From the human T2T-CHM13v2.0 reference genome, Homo sapiens, in NCBI RefSeq assembly GCF_009914755.1, contig NC_060946.1: a DNA stretch of 64,000 nucleotides. One strand, written 5' to 3'. The position numbers and the translations under genes are program-made. Numbering within the stretch: the first letter of the stretch is position 1; each line of letters starts with the position of its first letter. Positions 34,651 to 53,385 of this stretch are shown piece by piece. The notes under the pieces were generated by a model. The model was not told the origin of the DNA and did not search any database. It worked only from the letters and a program-made list of their open reading frames with translations.

Positions 34651-35854
34651 TCTTTTTTTATTCATCTAATCAAATTTATTGGGGCAGAAATCAGTACGAA
34701 GTTCATAGGACAGGAGGAAACCAATATAAACATCTCAGCATTGTAGGAAATTTAACCCATGGAAAGCAGGGCTGAATTAAAGACCACTTTGAAGGCCAGG
34801 AAAAGCAGATAATTTAGATATAGTCAAAGTATGAAATCCAGAACAAGGGAATGATGTATGTGTTTACATATTAGATCTACTTTATTAACAATTTTCCCTC
34901 TGTTAAACTAATATTGACTAATAGTAGTCTAGGTAAGTCAAGTTCAAATTAAATGGTGATTGAAAAGTCTTCTTTTTTAAAAATTTTTAATGGTAGAGGC
35001 AGCAGCTACCCAGAGTCTACTTATTCTTACTTCACATTGAATTCTAACAAGTTAGGTTATCTGATTTCTGCTTCCTAACAAATCACAAGTATCGAAAGGG
35101 TCTTGCAGAAGGGGTGAACTATAAAATGTGACAGCTGACAGCAAGGCAGGGGAACAAAAATAAATTTAAGGTGAACATTAAAAGCATAGCAGCTTGAGAC
35201 AATTCATAGGATTCCGCATGCAACCGTCTCTGAGGACATCACTGTGATCAAATTATACAAGTGATGTTTAGTGATGAATTGGAATCAAGATAAGTAGTAT
35301 GTGTTATTTAAAAAGGCAGGATATGTGTTGCATTCGGTGGCAACAATTTCCCCTTAGCTATTTAGTTAAAAGCTTAGTGCTTAACATGTTGGAAAACTTA
35401 TGCATGAAATATATTGACTTATTCCTTGATGACTGGAGGCTTTATCACAGGAAGTTTTCCCATTCAATTGAAACATTTTTCAAGCTTAATGACTATAATT
35501 TACTACATAATTTATTTTGTTAAAGTTTGAGGAAAACTAAATAAAGAAGTAGCAATTTAAGTCATAATAAATTTTGTTAGATGACTTCTTCCACTTTAGG
35601 GGGAATTAAAAATCTTGTTTAAAAACCACATGTGCAGCAGTTCTGTGACTGCCTCAACACCTAGTTGGCCATATAGTCCCTTTGCACCACAGAGGTTGGA
35701 GTATAGAATATGCCCAAAGCTGTTTTGTTTTGTTTTAACTATGCTGCATCATCTGAGGTTGTGTTAACATAGTTTGTCCTAATAGTCTTTTACTGGAAAG
35801 TTGCTATATTTGATTATGTTCAGCAAGTAAACTAATTTTATCTACTTTCATATA

Positions 35855-36138
35855 TTTTGAGACAAAGTCTGGCCCTGTCACCCAGGCTGGAGTGCGGGGG
35901 AGTGATCGTACCTCACCGCAGCCTCAGCCTCTTGTGCTCAAGCGATCCTCCCACCTCAGCCTCCCAAGTAGCTGAGACTACAGTCATGCTTCATCATGCC
36001 CGGTTAATTTTTTACTTTTCTAAGAGACAGAGTCTCACTATGTTACCCAGGCTGGTCTCGAAGTCCTGGACTCAAGTGATCCTCCCTGCCTCAGCACTCC
36101 CAAAGTGCTGGGATTGCAGGTGTGAGCAACCATGCCTG
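35855..36138 (-). mobile_element. Alu (AluJ-like)
   Basis: Antisense dimer. Confidence 0.9.
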
Positions 36139-36701
36139 GTGTTTTATCTTTTGCAGAAATCCAATTTAGTAAAGTCATGTTGTAGCAAGCATCATTTTCA
36201 TATAAAAAGTGTACAGTTCATATTATTAGCAAATGTATTGTGTAATTTTATATTAGTTATGGTCTTCAAGGACATTGAAAATCTCTTCAGAAAGACTGTG
36301 TTTTTCAACCAGAGATGATATCACTCTAACTTTCCTTTGGTTTAAATGCTTGATTCTTTGCTTACAAAATTTCTGTTTTGAACAATTATGGTGAGAAAGT
36401 ATATTTGTGATACTGTTTTCTTAGAACATTGTTGTCAGATAGATCAGCCATAATGTTAACACATTTCTGATCTCTATTATAAGGCTGTAATTTTCCAAAA
36501 TAATATAGAAAAGGAGAAAAGGGTAGTACATTTCATAATTACTGAGATGAACCCTGTACTAGTGAGAAAATAAAAATGCCAACAATTTATTAAATTTTCA
36601 GATTTCCTGTAATTTTCCATCACTATCCCTCATACATTTCTCTGCATGATCACACTAAAGATATAAATTAATCACATCCATTCAACAAATCAAGAAACTC
36701 A

Positions 36702-37129
<428 letters not shown>

Positions 37130-37421
37130 CTATATGGCCACACATTGGAAAATCTAGAGAAAATGGGTAATTTTCTGGAAAAATATAAATGACCAAAACT
37201 AATCCAAGAAGAAATTTAAAATGTTATTAGACCAGTTACAAAGAAGAGAATGTAAAGTGATTTTTTAAATCCATAATTTAAAAAGTACTAGGGTTGCAAG
37301 AAGGATAATTCCAATGTTATTTAAAGTATCCCAAATTTTTTTAAAAAAGAAAAACCAATTCATTTCACATAGGTAGTGCAGCATTAATATGAAAACCTTA
37401 TAAACATAAGACAAAACTATA

Positions 37422-37698
37422 GGCCAGGTGCCATGGCTTACACCTGTAATCCCAGCACTTTGGGAAGCCAAGGCAGGTGGATCACTTAAGGTCAGTAGTT
37501 CAAGACCAGCCTGGACAATATGGCGAAACCCCGTCTCTACTAAAAATACAAAAATTAGCCCGGCATGGTGGTGCATGTCTGTAATCCCAGCTTGAACCCA
37601 GGAGGCAGAGGTTGCAGTGAGCCAAGATCACGCCACTGCACTCCAGCCTGGGTGACAGAGCAAGTCTCCGTCTCAAAAAAAAAAAACAAACAAAAAAA
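37422..37698 (+). mobile_element. AluS with internal right-arm deletion; TSD caaaactatag
   Basis: ...gtaatcccagct|tgaaccc... lacks the gaggctgaggcaggagaat segment. Confidence 0.9.
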
Positions 37699-38452
37699 CC
37701 AAAACTATAGACCAATCTGACTTATACATATGAATGAATATTCTAAATGAAAACCCAGCACTTTTATCAATAATTGCAACAACAAAAAAGAGTGATACAG
37801 TATGCAAAGAGCATTGTATTTCAGGAATTCACGGGTATTTCAATATCAGTTAAGTATATTAACACAATTACATAATTGACATCAAAGAAGAGGAAAATGT
37901 GATTATATCAGTAGATGCTGAGAGGGCTATTGTTAAGATTAAACATCCACTCGTAATGAAGATTCTTGAGTAAAATAGAAATTGAAGGAAAGTGTCTAAA
38001 CATAACCTTTATTTATGAAATGCCTACAAAACAAGTATTTTAAATCATAAAGGAACATTTCAATTAAAACAAGGAACCAGTAGGAATAGCTGCTGTCATT
38101 ATTTGTTATTAAAAATTATCTTGGAGGATCCATGAATGTAACAAGATTTTTAAATGAAATAATCAGTATAAATATATAGAAAACTTTTTTTGGATATGAT
38201 TATATGCCTAGGAAATCATAGAGATTAGGAAAAACAGAACTTTCAAATATTTTAAAGAGGAATATTGGTAAGGTATTTGGAAATAAGATCATAATACAAA
38301 ATATATTAGCAATAAGCACCTTGAAATGCTAATGGTAAAAATATTCACAATAACAAAAATAATAAAGGTAAAATAAATTTACCAAGAAAGAAGATCTATA
38401 AGAAAAAAACTATAAAAATGTTACCAAAAGCTATTGAATAAGAAACACATGA

Positions 38453-38730
38453 GGCTAGGTGCAGTGGCTCATACCTGTAATCCCAGCACTTTGGGAGGCT
38501 GAGGCAGAAGGACTGCTTGAGCCCAGGAGTTCAAGACGAGCTTCGGCAAATTGTGAAACACTATCTCTAAACAAAACAAAACAAAAAACTAGTTGGGCTT
38601 GGCGCATGCTTATAGAACCAGGTACTTGGGAGGCTGAGGTGGGAGGTTGGGGCTTCAGTGAGCTGAGATCCCACAACTGCACTCCTGCCTGGGTGACAAA
38701 GTGAGACCCTGTCTCAAAAAAACAAACAAA
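38453..38730 (+). mobile_element. Alu (AluJ-like)
   Basis: Diverged dimer. Confidence 0.88.
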
Positions 38731-39657
38731 ACTCTTGTAAAAACATAAATCTCCTAAAATTATATATAAATTCAATTAAATTCACATTAGAATCACAAAA
38801 GCATTTTACAATTGGATTAAATTATCTTAAAGTTCATGTAGAAGAATAGTCAGAAAATTGTACCAAAAAAAAGACTATTGAGAGGAACTTTTCTCACCAG
38901 ATATCAGCACCTACTAAAGAACTATTGGAATTGATCAATTAAGAAAAACAATTGTATTAATTAAGAATAAGCAAGAGTGGTAAAAAATTGAGAATCTACA
39001 TGTAGATGAAAAATTAATATATGAAAATAAACAATTCAAAGAAAACAAAATTGGACCCTCAATTTACACTGAAGGCTTTGAAGTGATACATAAAATGATT
39101 TTTAAAATGATTTAAATACGTACATAAATGGAGAGAGGAAGGGTGGGAGAGAAGCGGGAGAGAGAGAAAATAGAAGACTAAAGACGGGAACACCTATGTG
39201 GAAAAAGATAATACTTAATGACAAAATATGTTTTATGTGAATATCAGTTATACATAATAAATATTGGGGACATTGCATTGTGGGTTGCAGTAAAGCATTA
39301 AGAAACAGAGTAAGTGAACAAAAAAAGGAAAGAAAACTACCAAATTCCATGTATGATACCCCGTTTTGAAATTCCATAAATTAAACATGTGTACACATAA
39401 GAAAAATTAAAACATTAAAATTTTGTTAACAAAATGGATTTGATAACACGAAGGCCATTGATGACCTTACCCACAGCAGCTTTGTTTAAATGGGGATTAA
39501 GGATGGAGCAAAATTTATTAGAACACTTTGAATAATGAATTAGCAAACTACAATAAACTGAAATCTTATCTACCAAATAATCACAGTAAAGTAAACAAAT
39601 CTAAAAGAAATGAATAAAACAATTGTGAGCAAAAAAGGATAGAGTCACTGCATATAA

Positions 39658-40146
39658 TGTAAATGAGACAAGGATGGCCTCTGTGTATTGGCACCTAGGT
39701 TATTTCTTCACAGCAAGTTGAAACCCATTAGCTCAAAACCAACTGGCACCAAACTCAAATTTTTAAATATCCAATTGTGTTAAACATAGCCCAGACATGC
39801 AGATTTGTAGGCATTTAGAGCCTGCCAGATTTACATGCCCTGGGAAACTACATCCAAAATCTGCTTGCCACAGATAAACTCTAGGCTGTAAAGACCCCAA
39901 ACTGCTTCTGCTCTTTGGAACTCTGTGAACTACAGACTCCATGCCATGCTGCTGAGTGATATCACTGAGATATGAAAGCCTCCTCTCTGATCCTTTCCTC
40001 CCTCAGGAGTTCCTTTGCCCTCCTCCCCTTCTGAGTGGTGGCCCCCTTGTCTCAATCCTCTGGTCCATCTCTTGCTGTGAAGGCCTTCCCCAGGATACAA
40101 ACCTGAGAAGAGATCATCCAGATAAAGCCCATGTGTGCTTCTGTCA
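39658..40146 (+). mobile_element. Possible old solo LTR
   Basis: TG...CA-bounded ~490-bp segment, less A-rich than its flanks, with a gataaa signal near the end; family not identified. Confidence 0.35.
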
Positions 40147-41342
40147 CATCTTTTTCTATATTTTTCTAATTTTTTTCTAAACTTTTCTAATTTTTTCTTA
40201 ATTTTTATAGAATTGTGGATACCTAATAATGTAGTCTCAAAATAAATAAAGCCAAAATTAGAATTGGAAACAGCAATAAAAAAAATCTACACAGTGAGAG
40301 ATTTTAACATTTCATTTTTAGTAATTGAATAAATAAAAATAAAATTAGTAAGGCTAATCAACAGTTAAAGAATTTCTATTCTTTTCAAGCACACTTGGAG
40401 TATTTACAAAAATTGACCAGATATTAGACCTAAAGGTAGTATCAAATGTTTACAGTGGTATAACAAATGTGTAATAGCACTATTAGAAATCAATAACAAA
40501 AACTTATCCAAAAGTAATCCATGAATTTTAGAAACTACAAACAGCTTCCAAATGATTCATGGAAGCAAGAAGAAATTATAATAAAAATTAGAACATGCTT
40601 AAAATTGAATTAAAATGAAAACATTACCGATCAATATATATGTAAAATAACCGAAGCAGTACTTAGAGTGAAATTTACCAGAAGCAATTCACATTCATGG
40701 GAAGGACAACAGCATGCATTTACCAGTTAAAATAGACTGGGTAAGAAATAACATGTTGGATGGCCTAGAGAGACACAAGCATCCCTGAGAGAGAAAATCA
40801 TCTGAAGATTTAAGGACCTGTGACATCAGTTGCAGAAGATTTTAGGGGGCCCATTGGTCCCCCTATACTAAGGAATACTGTTCTGACACATTTGATGAGT
40901 GACACAGAAGGCTTCCACCTTTGACAAAAGCTTAGGGCACAAAAGGCCTCTGCAGCAGGTCCAGGATCCAGGGCAAGCAGCCCTACTGTTTGAGCCATAC
41001 AATCTAGTAGGCTCTATGGTATTAGAAGTATATGCAGTTGGAAAAAGCACCATGTAGAGTTTATAGCAAACCCTAATAGACGATTCACACATAGTCTTGT
41101 GGGGTTCACTAGCATGGTCATGCTATCTGCAATTGTATATTGTATAAATATATAGCATAATTGTGTACTTTAATAGCTCCTAGCATGCTACTGCACCTAG
41201 GTAGAGATGGACTATCTGACAACAAATATTAAGTGACCATGTGGCTAAAAGTTCCCACCGTAAGTTTGGTTTTGTTAGATCTACCAGATCATAAGGACAG
41301 GTTGGCCCAGCAACAAATCATAATAAAATAGAAGTAGCACAT

Positions 41343-41709
41343 TGAATTAGTCCATTTTCACGTTGCTATAAAGAACTACCCAAGACTGGGTAATTAATAA
41401 ACAAAAGAGGTTTATTGACTCACAGTTCCGTATGGCTAGAGAGGTCTCAGGAAACTTACACTTATGACTAAAGGCAAAGGTGAAGCAGGCACCTTCTTCA
41501 CAAGGAAGCAGGAGAGACAGAGAGCAAAGGGGGATGTGCCAAACACTTTTAAACCATCCGCTCTCATGAGAACTCACTCAATATCATGAGAACAGCATGA
41601 GGGAAACTGCAACCATGATCCAGTCACCTCCCACCAGGTCCCTCTCTCTACATGTGGGGATTATAATTTGAGATGAGATTTTGTGGGGACACAGAGCCAA
41701 ACCATATCA
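41343..41709 (-). mobile_element. THE1/MST MaLR solo LTR
   Basis: Reverse complement begins TGATATGGTTTGGCTCTGTG; ~367 bp; typical catgagaactcactc and acctcccaccagg motifs. Confidence 0.9.
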
Positions 41710-41969
41710 CATCAAGGATTGGGCATGAGAAAGACTAGAGGACACAAGTAAGCAGTATGATCAGGTGATCCAGGTCCCCACATTATCCAAATTGTGACAC
41801 TAGATTCTCTCCCTCAGCTGGCAACTGCCTACGTAGGAGTTCCAATATTGCTAAAGGAGGAAAAAAGCTAAGCTTGTTCATTGGAAGATCAACTCAGGAT
41901 GCGGATGTAAGTAAAAAATGATAGCAGCCTACTTCAGCTATGGAAAGATAGCAGTAGATTAAATCCTCC

Positions 41970-44385
41970 CAAGGACGATTCAACATATACGAATCAATAA
42001 GTGTGATATACACATTAACAGAATGAAGGACAAAAACTATATGAATATCTCCATGGATGCAGAGAAAGCATTTGACAAAATTCAACATCTTTCTGTAATA
42101 AAAACTTTCAACAAATTAGGTATCAATGTCCACATAACACAATAAAGGCATATATGATAGGCCCACATCTAACATCATACTCAATGGTAAAAAGCTGAAA
42201 GCTTTTTCTCTAAGATCAGAAACAAGATGGATGCCCATTTTCACCACTTCTATTCAAGTTCTAGCAATTAGTCAAGAAGAAGAAATAAAGGCATTAAAGT
42301 CAGAAAGGAAGAAGTGAAATTGTCTCTGCAGACAACATGATCTTAAATGTAGAAAACCCTAAAGAGTCCACCAAAAAAAACTGTTGGAACTAGTAAATTA
42401 ATTCAGTAAAGTTGCAGGATACAAAATCGACATAAAAAAAACGAGTAGCATCTGTATACACTACCAATGAACTATCTGAAAAAGAAATCAAGAAAACGAT
42501 TTCATTTATAATGGCTACACAAATACTTAGGAATTAATTTAACCAAGGAGGTGAAAGACCTGTACACTGAAAACTATAAAACATTGGTGAAAGAAATTGA
42601 AGAAGACACAAATAAATGGAAATATATCCCATCTTCATGGATTAGAAGAATTCATACTGTTAAAATGTTCTTAGTACCCAAAGTGATCTACAGATTCTTA
42701 TGTAATCTCTATCAAAATTCCAATGATATTTTTTACATAAACAGAAAAAAGTCCCCAAATTCACTTGAAACCACAAAATACTCCAAATAGCAAATTGTGA
42801 GCAAAAAGAACAAAGTAGGAGGCATCACATTATCCAGTTTCAAAGTATACTATGATGCTATAGTAATCAAAAATATAACATGATACTGGCATACAAACAG
42901 ACTGGTAGACCAATGGAATAGAATAGAGAGCCTCAAAATACATCCACGTTTATGGCCAATTGATTTTCAGTAAATATGCCAAGAATACACAATGGGGAAA
43001 GGACAATCTTTTCAATAAATGGTGTTGGGAGAACTCCACATGCAGAGAAATGAAATTAGACCCTTATCTCACACCATATATAAAAAAATAACACAAATGG
43101 ACTAAAGACTTAAATATAAAACCTGAAACCATAAAACTACTAGAAGAAAACATACAGGAAAAGCTCCATGAGACTGGTCTGGGCAATGATTTTCTGGATA
43201 TGACCCCCAAAGCACAGGCAACAAAAGCAAAAATAGACAAACGGGATTATATCAAACTAAAAAGCTGTGCAAGCAAAGGGAGCAATCAATAGAGTAAAGA
43301 GGTAGCCTACAAAAAGGGAGAAAATATTTGCAAACCATACATCTGATAAAGGATTAATATCCAGAATATATAAAGTATTCATACAACTCAATAGCATGAA
43401 AACATATAACCTGATTAATGAAAGGGAGGCAAAGTACCTGAAGAAACATTTTTCCAAAGAAGACATACAAATGGCCAACAGGAATATGAAAAAATAACAA
43501 ACATCACCAGTCGTCAGGGAAACGCAAATCAAAACCACAATGAGACATCCCTTTTAGAATGGCTACTATGAAAAAGACAAAAGATAACGTGTTGGTGAGG
43601 ATGTGGAGAAAAGGGAGCCTTTGTATACTGTTGGCAGGAATGTAAATTAGTACAGCCATTATGAAAAATAATATAGAGGTTTCTCAGAAAGTTAAAAATA
43701 AAACTACCATATGATCCAGCAATCCTAGTACTATTTATATACCCAAATAAAATGATTCAATATGTCAAAGAAAAATCTGTACCTCATGTTCATTGCAACA
43801 TTATTCACAATAGACAAGATACGAAATCAACCTAAGTATCCTTTAACAGATGAATGATTAAAGAAAATGTGGTGTATATATACCTAATGAAATATTGTTC
43901 AGCCTTAAAGAAGGAAATCCTGTCCTTTGTAATAACATGAATGAAACTGGAGGACATTATATTAAGTGAAATAAGCCAGGCACAGAGAGATAAATGCCAT
44001 GTAATCTCACTTATATGTGGAATCTAAAAAAGTCAAACACATAGAAGCAGAAAATAGAATAATGGTTATTAGGGGCAGGGGGAGGAGGGTAGAACTGGGG
44101 AGATGTTGGTCAAAGGATACAAAAATTAAGATAAGCAGGAAGAACAAGTTCAAGAGACCTATTGTACAACATGGTGACTACAGTTAATAACAATGTATTG
44201 CATACTTGAAAATTGCTAGGACAGTAGATTTTAAGTGTTCTCACCACAAAAGAAATGATAAATATGTGAGGTAACACATGTATTAATTAGCTTGAGTTAG
44301 CCATTTCACAGTGTATCCATATTTCAAAACATCAGGTTGTACACTACAAATATATACAATTTTTGTTTGTATATTTAAAATTTTT
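41970..44385 (+). mobile_element. 5'-truncated L1MA-type element (ORF2 3' half plus 3'UTR)
   Basis: RT region (ctgcagacaacatgatc), [24 protein letters not shown]1MA-type 3'UTR. Confidence 0.88.
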
Positions 44386-44420
44386 TAATATTTAAAAATT
44401 CAACTCAAAAATAAATTCTT

Positions 44421-44731
44421 GGCCAGGCACAGTGGCTCACACCTGTAATCTCAGCACTTTGGGAGGCCAAGGCAGTGGATCATGAGGTCAGGAGATCGAG
44501 ACCATTCTGGCTAACATGGTGAAACCCCGTCTCTACTAAAAAAATACAAAAAAAAATTAGCCGGGCGTGGTGGCGGGCGCCTGTAGTCCCACCTACTCAG
44601 GAGGCTGAGGCAGGAGAATGGTGTGAACCCAGGAGGCAGAGCTTATAGTGAGCCGAGATCACGCCACTGTACTCCAGCCTGGTGACAGAGCAAGACTCTG
44701 TCTCAAAAAATAAAAAAAATTTAAAAAAAAA
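44421..44731 (+). mobile_element. AluY
   Basis: gagatcgagaccattctggctaac; gccgggcgtggtggcgggcgcctgtagtccc; gaatggtgtgaaccc. Confidence 0.9.
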
Positions 44732-46764
44732 TTTCAGTTGGCAGAACTTTGCACTACGCACCTTGTCATTCACTTTGCATGGAAAGAGAAGAGACTCAAA
44801 GTAAGAATGTACTGACTCATGGTCAAATGGCTTGGCTACAGGTCAGGGGGATGGGAGGAGAAAATTTGGAAGACTGGAGAAAAAGACATCTGAGAAAAGG
44901 GCATATGGGTGGACTTATGGGGATGTACAAAAAGTATGAAGATCTTTGTTTCACATGTTAACACCTACAAGAGGTATCTATCAACAACCAAGGAGAAAAG
45001 CGACTCAGCCAGATGATGTTAGCCAACCTCTTCCATTGGCCAGCTCAGTACTGGTACTGGCACAATTGGTGAATAAATATAGTGACAAGGATGGAGCCTA
45101 TGCAGAGGCCCAAACAGCAGAAGTCTCCACTGACTAAGTCTTATCTAGCTACTGCTGCTTCTGAATGTCAAAGTTGTCATCAAGACAGAGCAACACTGAG
45201 GCCTCAAGATAGCATCATCCCTCAAGGACACCAAGTAGCCACCTGGTGGCAAGCTGAATGCACTGGATTCTTTCCATCACAGGAAGGGTAATGATTCATC
45301 TTGGCTGGAACTGATACTTATTCTGAGTATGGATTTATCTTTCCTACTTACATGGCCTCAACCAGCACCACTATCCAAGGGTTGACAGAATGTTTAATCC
45401 TCCAATATGGAATCCTATACATCCTTGCATTGTACTTTATAGCACCGTATAAAGGGAATGTACTTTGTAGCACTGTAGTTGCAGTGGTGGACACATGAAA
45501 ATGCAATTCAGTGATCCTATTACAAATCATGAAATCACAACAACTAAAAGCTGTCAAACTGATGGAGTGATGGAACATCCTCCAGTAGCCCTTTGAAGCT
45601 GCAGGGATGGGATACAAGCATATATCCTAGATCAGTAACCATTGTATGGTCCCATGTCGCTAATAGAAGGAGGACCATGGATTGAAGAAAGAGTAGCACT
45701 ATTTACCGTCACCCCGAGGGATTCACTTGGGAAATTTCTGCTTCTTATCTCTGCAATTCAATGCTGTTACACAACGGAAGTAGCCAGGAATGTGTTTGGC
45801 AGCCAAGGGATGTTTAAGTAGTACCTTACTAAATTTTGATTGCTCAATTTAAAAGGACAAGTCTAGTAGCCATGGCTACTACACCCCCCTCTCCTATCAC
45901 CAGGTAAGTGACCTAGACCAGGGGAGGTGCTAGCTGAGGGTAAGAATGTAAACCTGATAGTACCTGTATAGTAGGAAAGGCAGATGATCAGTTTAGGGTG
46001 AAAGACCAGTTGAAGAGCCAAGGAGCTATTGTTCCCTCCATGAATGTTACTTTCACGTTTCCCCAGCAAAAGAAACCAACCAAAATCCTGGAGGAGCTAT
46101 TCCTAGATGGAGAGAAGTTATATGAAGTCATGGATCCAAATGACACGAGGGATGGACAGAGTAGTGTCTTCTGTGGTTTGTAGTCCAGGCCTCCCTGCAG
46201 AATGGAGACCCTCATTCCCCAGCTTCCTTAGAGTGCTGTCTGTTGAGGGCACATGACTAAGTTCATGCCCTAGGAATTGCCCTCAGGCCAAAAGAAACTG
46301 TGTAGTAGAAGTCACATCCTTGGGGCAAGAACTTAATTTGAATTCATATTGATTGTTGTCAACAGAATTTTAAGTACTGTATGGTATGTGCGTGAAAGGA
46401 AAAGAACATTTGAAATGAGCTAATGTAGAGCGGATCTATTGGGGAACTATTGGTGAATAATGATGATGTGGTCAGTGAGGGTCACTGAAGTTCACAGGGT
46501 TATTTGAACAGAAAACAACTGGGAGAGGTGGATTTGACACTCAGATTGGGGGACTGCACAAATAATAAGGTATCTGGGCTTCAGTTTTCTCATCTAGAAC
46601 ATGAGGGACTAAATGACTGCCAAGTATCTTCCAGCTTCTATATTCTGTAATGCTTAAGTACTCTGCAGAATATTAAAACGACCAGCACTGGGAGATAGCC
46701 CATGGGCTTGAAAAGTGAGGAAAAACAGAAGCTGCCAGAAAGAGTTTGTTAAAACCTTAAAAAC

Positions 46765-47420
46765 CTGCGCATGGCTGTTTATAACAGTTGTATTCATAAC
46801 TGCCAAAACTTGGAAGCAACCAAGATATCCTTCAGTAGGTTAATGGCTACGCAAACTGTGATACATCCATACAAGGGAATATTATACAGCACTAAAAAGA
46901 AATCAGATATTAAGCTAAGAAAAGACATGGAGAAGACTTAAATGCATATTGCTAAGTAAAAGAAGCCAGCATGAGAAGGTAATATATTGTATGGTTCTAA
47001 GTGTATGACAATCTGGAAAAGGCAATACTATAATGTAGAAACATCAGTGGTTTTCAGCAATTTGAGGAAAGTAAGAGAGGGATACATAGGTGGAACACGG
47101 AGGATTTTTATGGTGATGAAACTATTCTGTATGATACTGGTGGATATCTGTCATTATACAGTTGTCAAAATTCACAGAACTTTACAACACAAAGAGTGAA
47201 TGCTAATGTAAACTATGGACTTCAGTTATAGTAATGTATCAATATGTATCAATTGTAACCAATATACCACATTAATACATGGTGTTAATAATAGGGTAAA
47301 TTGTGTACAGAGGTAGGGATTGGGTGGAGAGTGGGATAGGAAGGTAGTGTTACATGGGAACTCTGTGTACTTTCTGCTCATTGGTTTCTGTAAACCTAAA
47401 ATTGCTCTAAAAAACAAAGT
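46765..47420 (+). mobile_element. Old L1M 3' end fragment
   Basis: aaaacttggaagcaaccaagatatccttcagtagg... and ctaatgtaaactatggactt 3'UTR motifs. Confidence 0.75.
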
Positions 47421-47822
47421 CTACTAATTTTGAGAAATTTGATGAAGAATGAATATTCATGTAGTACCAAGGTATAACCTCAGAGATCACTGGCTAATTA
47501 CAGAGGAAATCATACCATTACGATATAGACATCTGGCAATCACCACCTTAATTTAGGAATGAAAATTAGCATCACTGGCAGTGGGACAACCAGACATAAA
47601 CTTCGTAATGTGCCGCTATTGGAAGTATACGACATCACCTTTGAATAATTCTGGCCAAAAAAGTTTAACCTGAATGTAACCAAGTCTTTAAATTTAACTT
47701 CAAATTTCAGAAAATTGAGGGGATAGACAAACAAACTAAATGAAACCATGAACAGTCCCACAAATCCAGAATGTGAGATATTCTACGTGATAACTAGCAT
47801 GGTTCCTTTAAAGTGTCAATAC

Positions 47823-48119
47823 CGACTGGGCACGGTGGCTCGCACCTGTAATCCCAGCACTTTGGGAGGCTGAGGAGGGTGGATCATGAGGTCAGGAGAT
47901 CGAGACCATCCTGGCTAACATGGTGAAACCCTGTCTCTAGTAAAAATACAAAAAATTATCCGGCCGTGGTGGCAGGCACCTGTAATCCCAGCTACTCAGG
48001 AGGGTGAGGCAAGAGTATCTCTTGAACCCAGGAGGCAGAGGTTGCAGTGAGCCAAGATCACGCCACTGCACTCCAGCCCGGTGACAAAGCAAGACTCCGT
48101 CTCAAAAAAAAAAAAAAAA
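47823..48119 (+). mobile_element. Alu (AluSc/Y-like)
   Basis: Dimer plus poly(A). Confidence 0.9.
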
Positions 48120-48312
48120 GTCTATGCCATTTAGCAAGGGATTAAGTATGGAGAAATGTGCTGGATTACAAAATAAGAGACAAAAACAAAATGTAGTGTC
48201 CAGTTCTCGATTGGATCCTGGCTTTTAAAAATTGCTATAATTGGGAAACAATTAAGAAAATGTGAATCATAGGGTGTAATTATGCAAACCTAGATGGTAT
48301 ATATACGTATAT

Positions 48313-48621
<309 letters not shown>

Positions 48622-49155
48622 TAAGGAAAATCAAATGTTACAGCACCACTGCTGAGCATCAGTCATTTCCTCTACTTGATATTGGCAATGCCAATATCAA
48701 GGGCCATATACTGTTTATCAAGTTTCTATATATGTTCCAGTTTAATCTTATGAGACCACCACAGTGTAGATGGTCGACTAGTTGACTGAAATGTGTTACT
48801 TGGGGCATGACTGTTTATATTTGAAAATATTTGGGAGTTGAATAATTGTAAGGAATTACTGATAACTTGGTGTGAAAGGATAAGGGAATTGTGGTTATGC
48901 AAGAAAATGGCTTTAGTTTTTGAATATGCAGGCTTAAGTGTACAGAGGCAAATTAGCATGATGCCTATAATTTACTTTTAATTCAAATTGAAAAATTACA
49001 TAAAGAAAACTTGACAAAGTATTAACAATTAATTGGATTTAGGTGGTGGTTATGTGGGTGCCCATTTTTTCTACCTTTCTGTAGGCTCCAATGTTTCATA
49101 ATTAAAAGGGAAAAAACGGGGCCACAAGAGAAGGTACAATTAAACATTAATGGGT

Positions 49156-52300
<3,145 letters not shown>

Positions 52301-52328
52301 TAGGCAAAGATACAAAAAAAATTTATAA

Positions 52329-52685
<357 letters not shown>

Positions 52686-53047
52686 TTATTTGTTTAAATA
52701 CTATAAACACTAATATCATACACATGGTTAACTGGTTGTAATTTTTAAATTATATTAATAAATTTTTATAAAAACTTTTTATAAATAAAAACTTATAATT
52801 TCAAATAAATAACAACATCTGCCACACTACCTTAAAATGGCGACTATTTCAGTATAATAAACATATATCACAGACACTTAGAGAAAGTTCAATAAATAAA
52901 GAATAAAAAGAATAGGTACAACAATTTTCCTCCTAATCAAAAACACAATTCCTCATTTTGAAAATTATTTCTTATCTCTCTTTTATTAAAATAAACTTTC
53001 TACTTTGAAATCTAATACTCTTGTGAATGTAAAATACTATCTTGTAA

Positions 53048-53385
<338 letters not shown>

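Larger units (their letters stand above)
40800..46330 (+). mobile_element. ERVL-class provirus remnant (pol: RT connection, RNase H, integrase; LTR16-like 3' end), split by younger insertions
   Basis: Degenerate ERVL pol at 40900-41340, 41711-41950 and 44735-45600 (LATAASECQSCHQDR...ATWWQ; GTDTYSEYGFIFP...TTIQGLTECLI). Confidence 0.8.

Noticed and set aside
40148-40210. ~10-bp tttttctaa tandem
   Set aside because: Low-complexity T-rich tract
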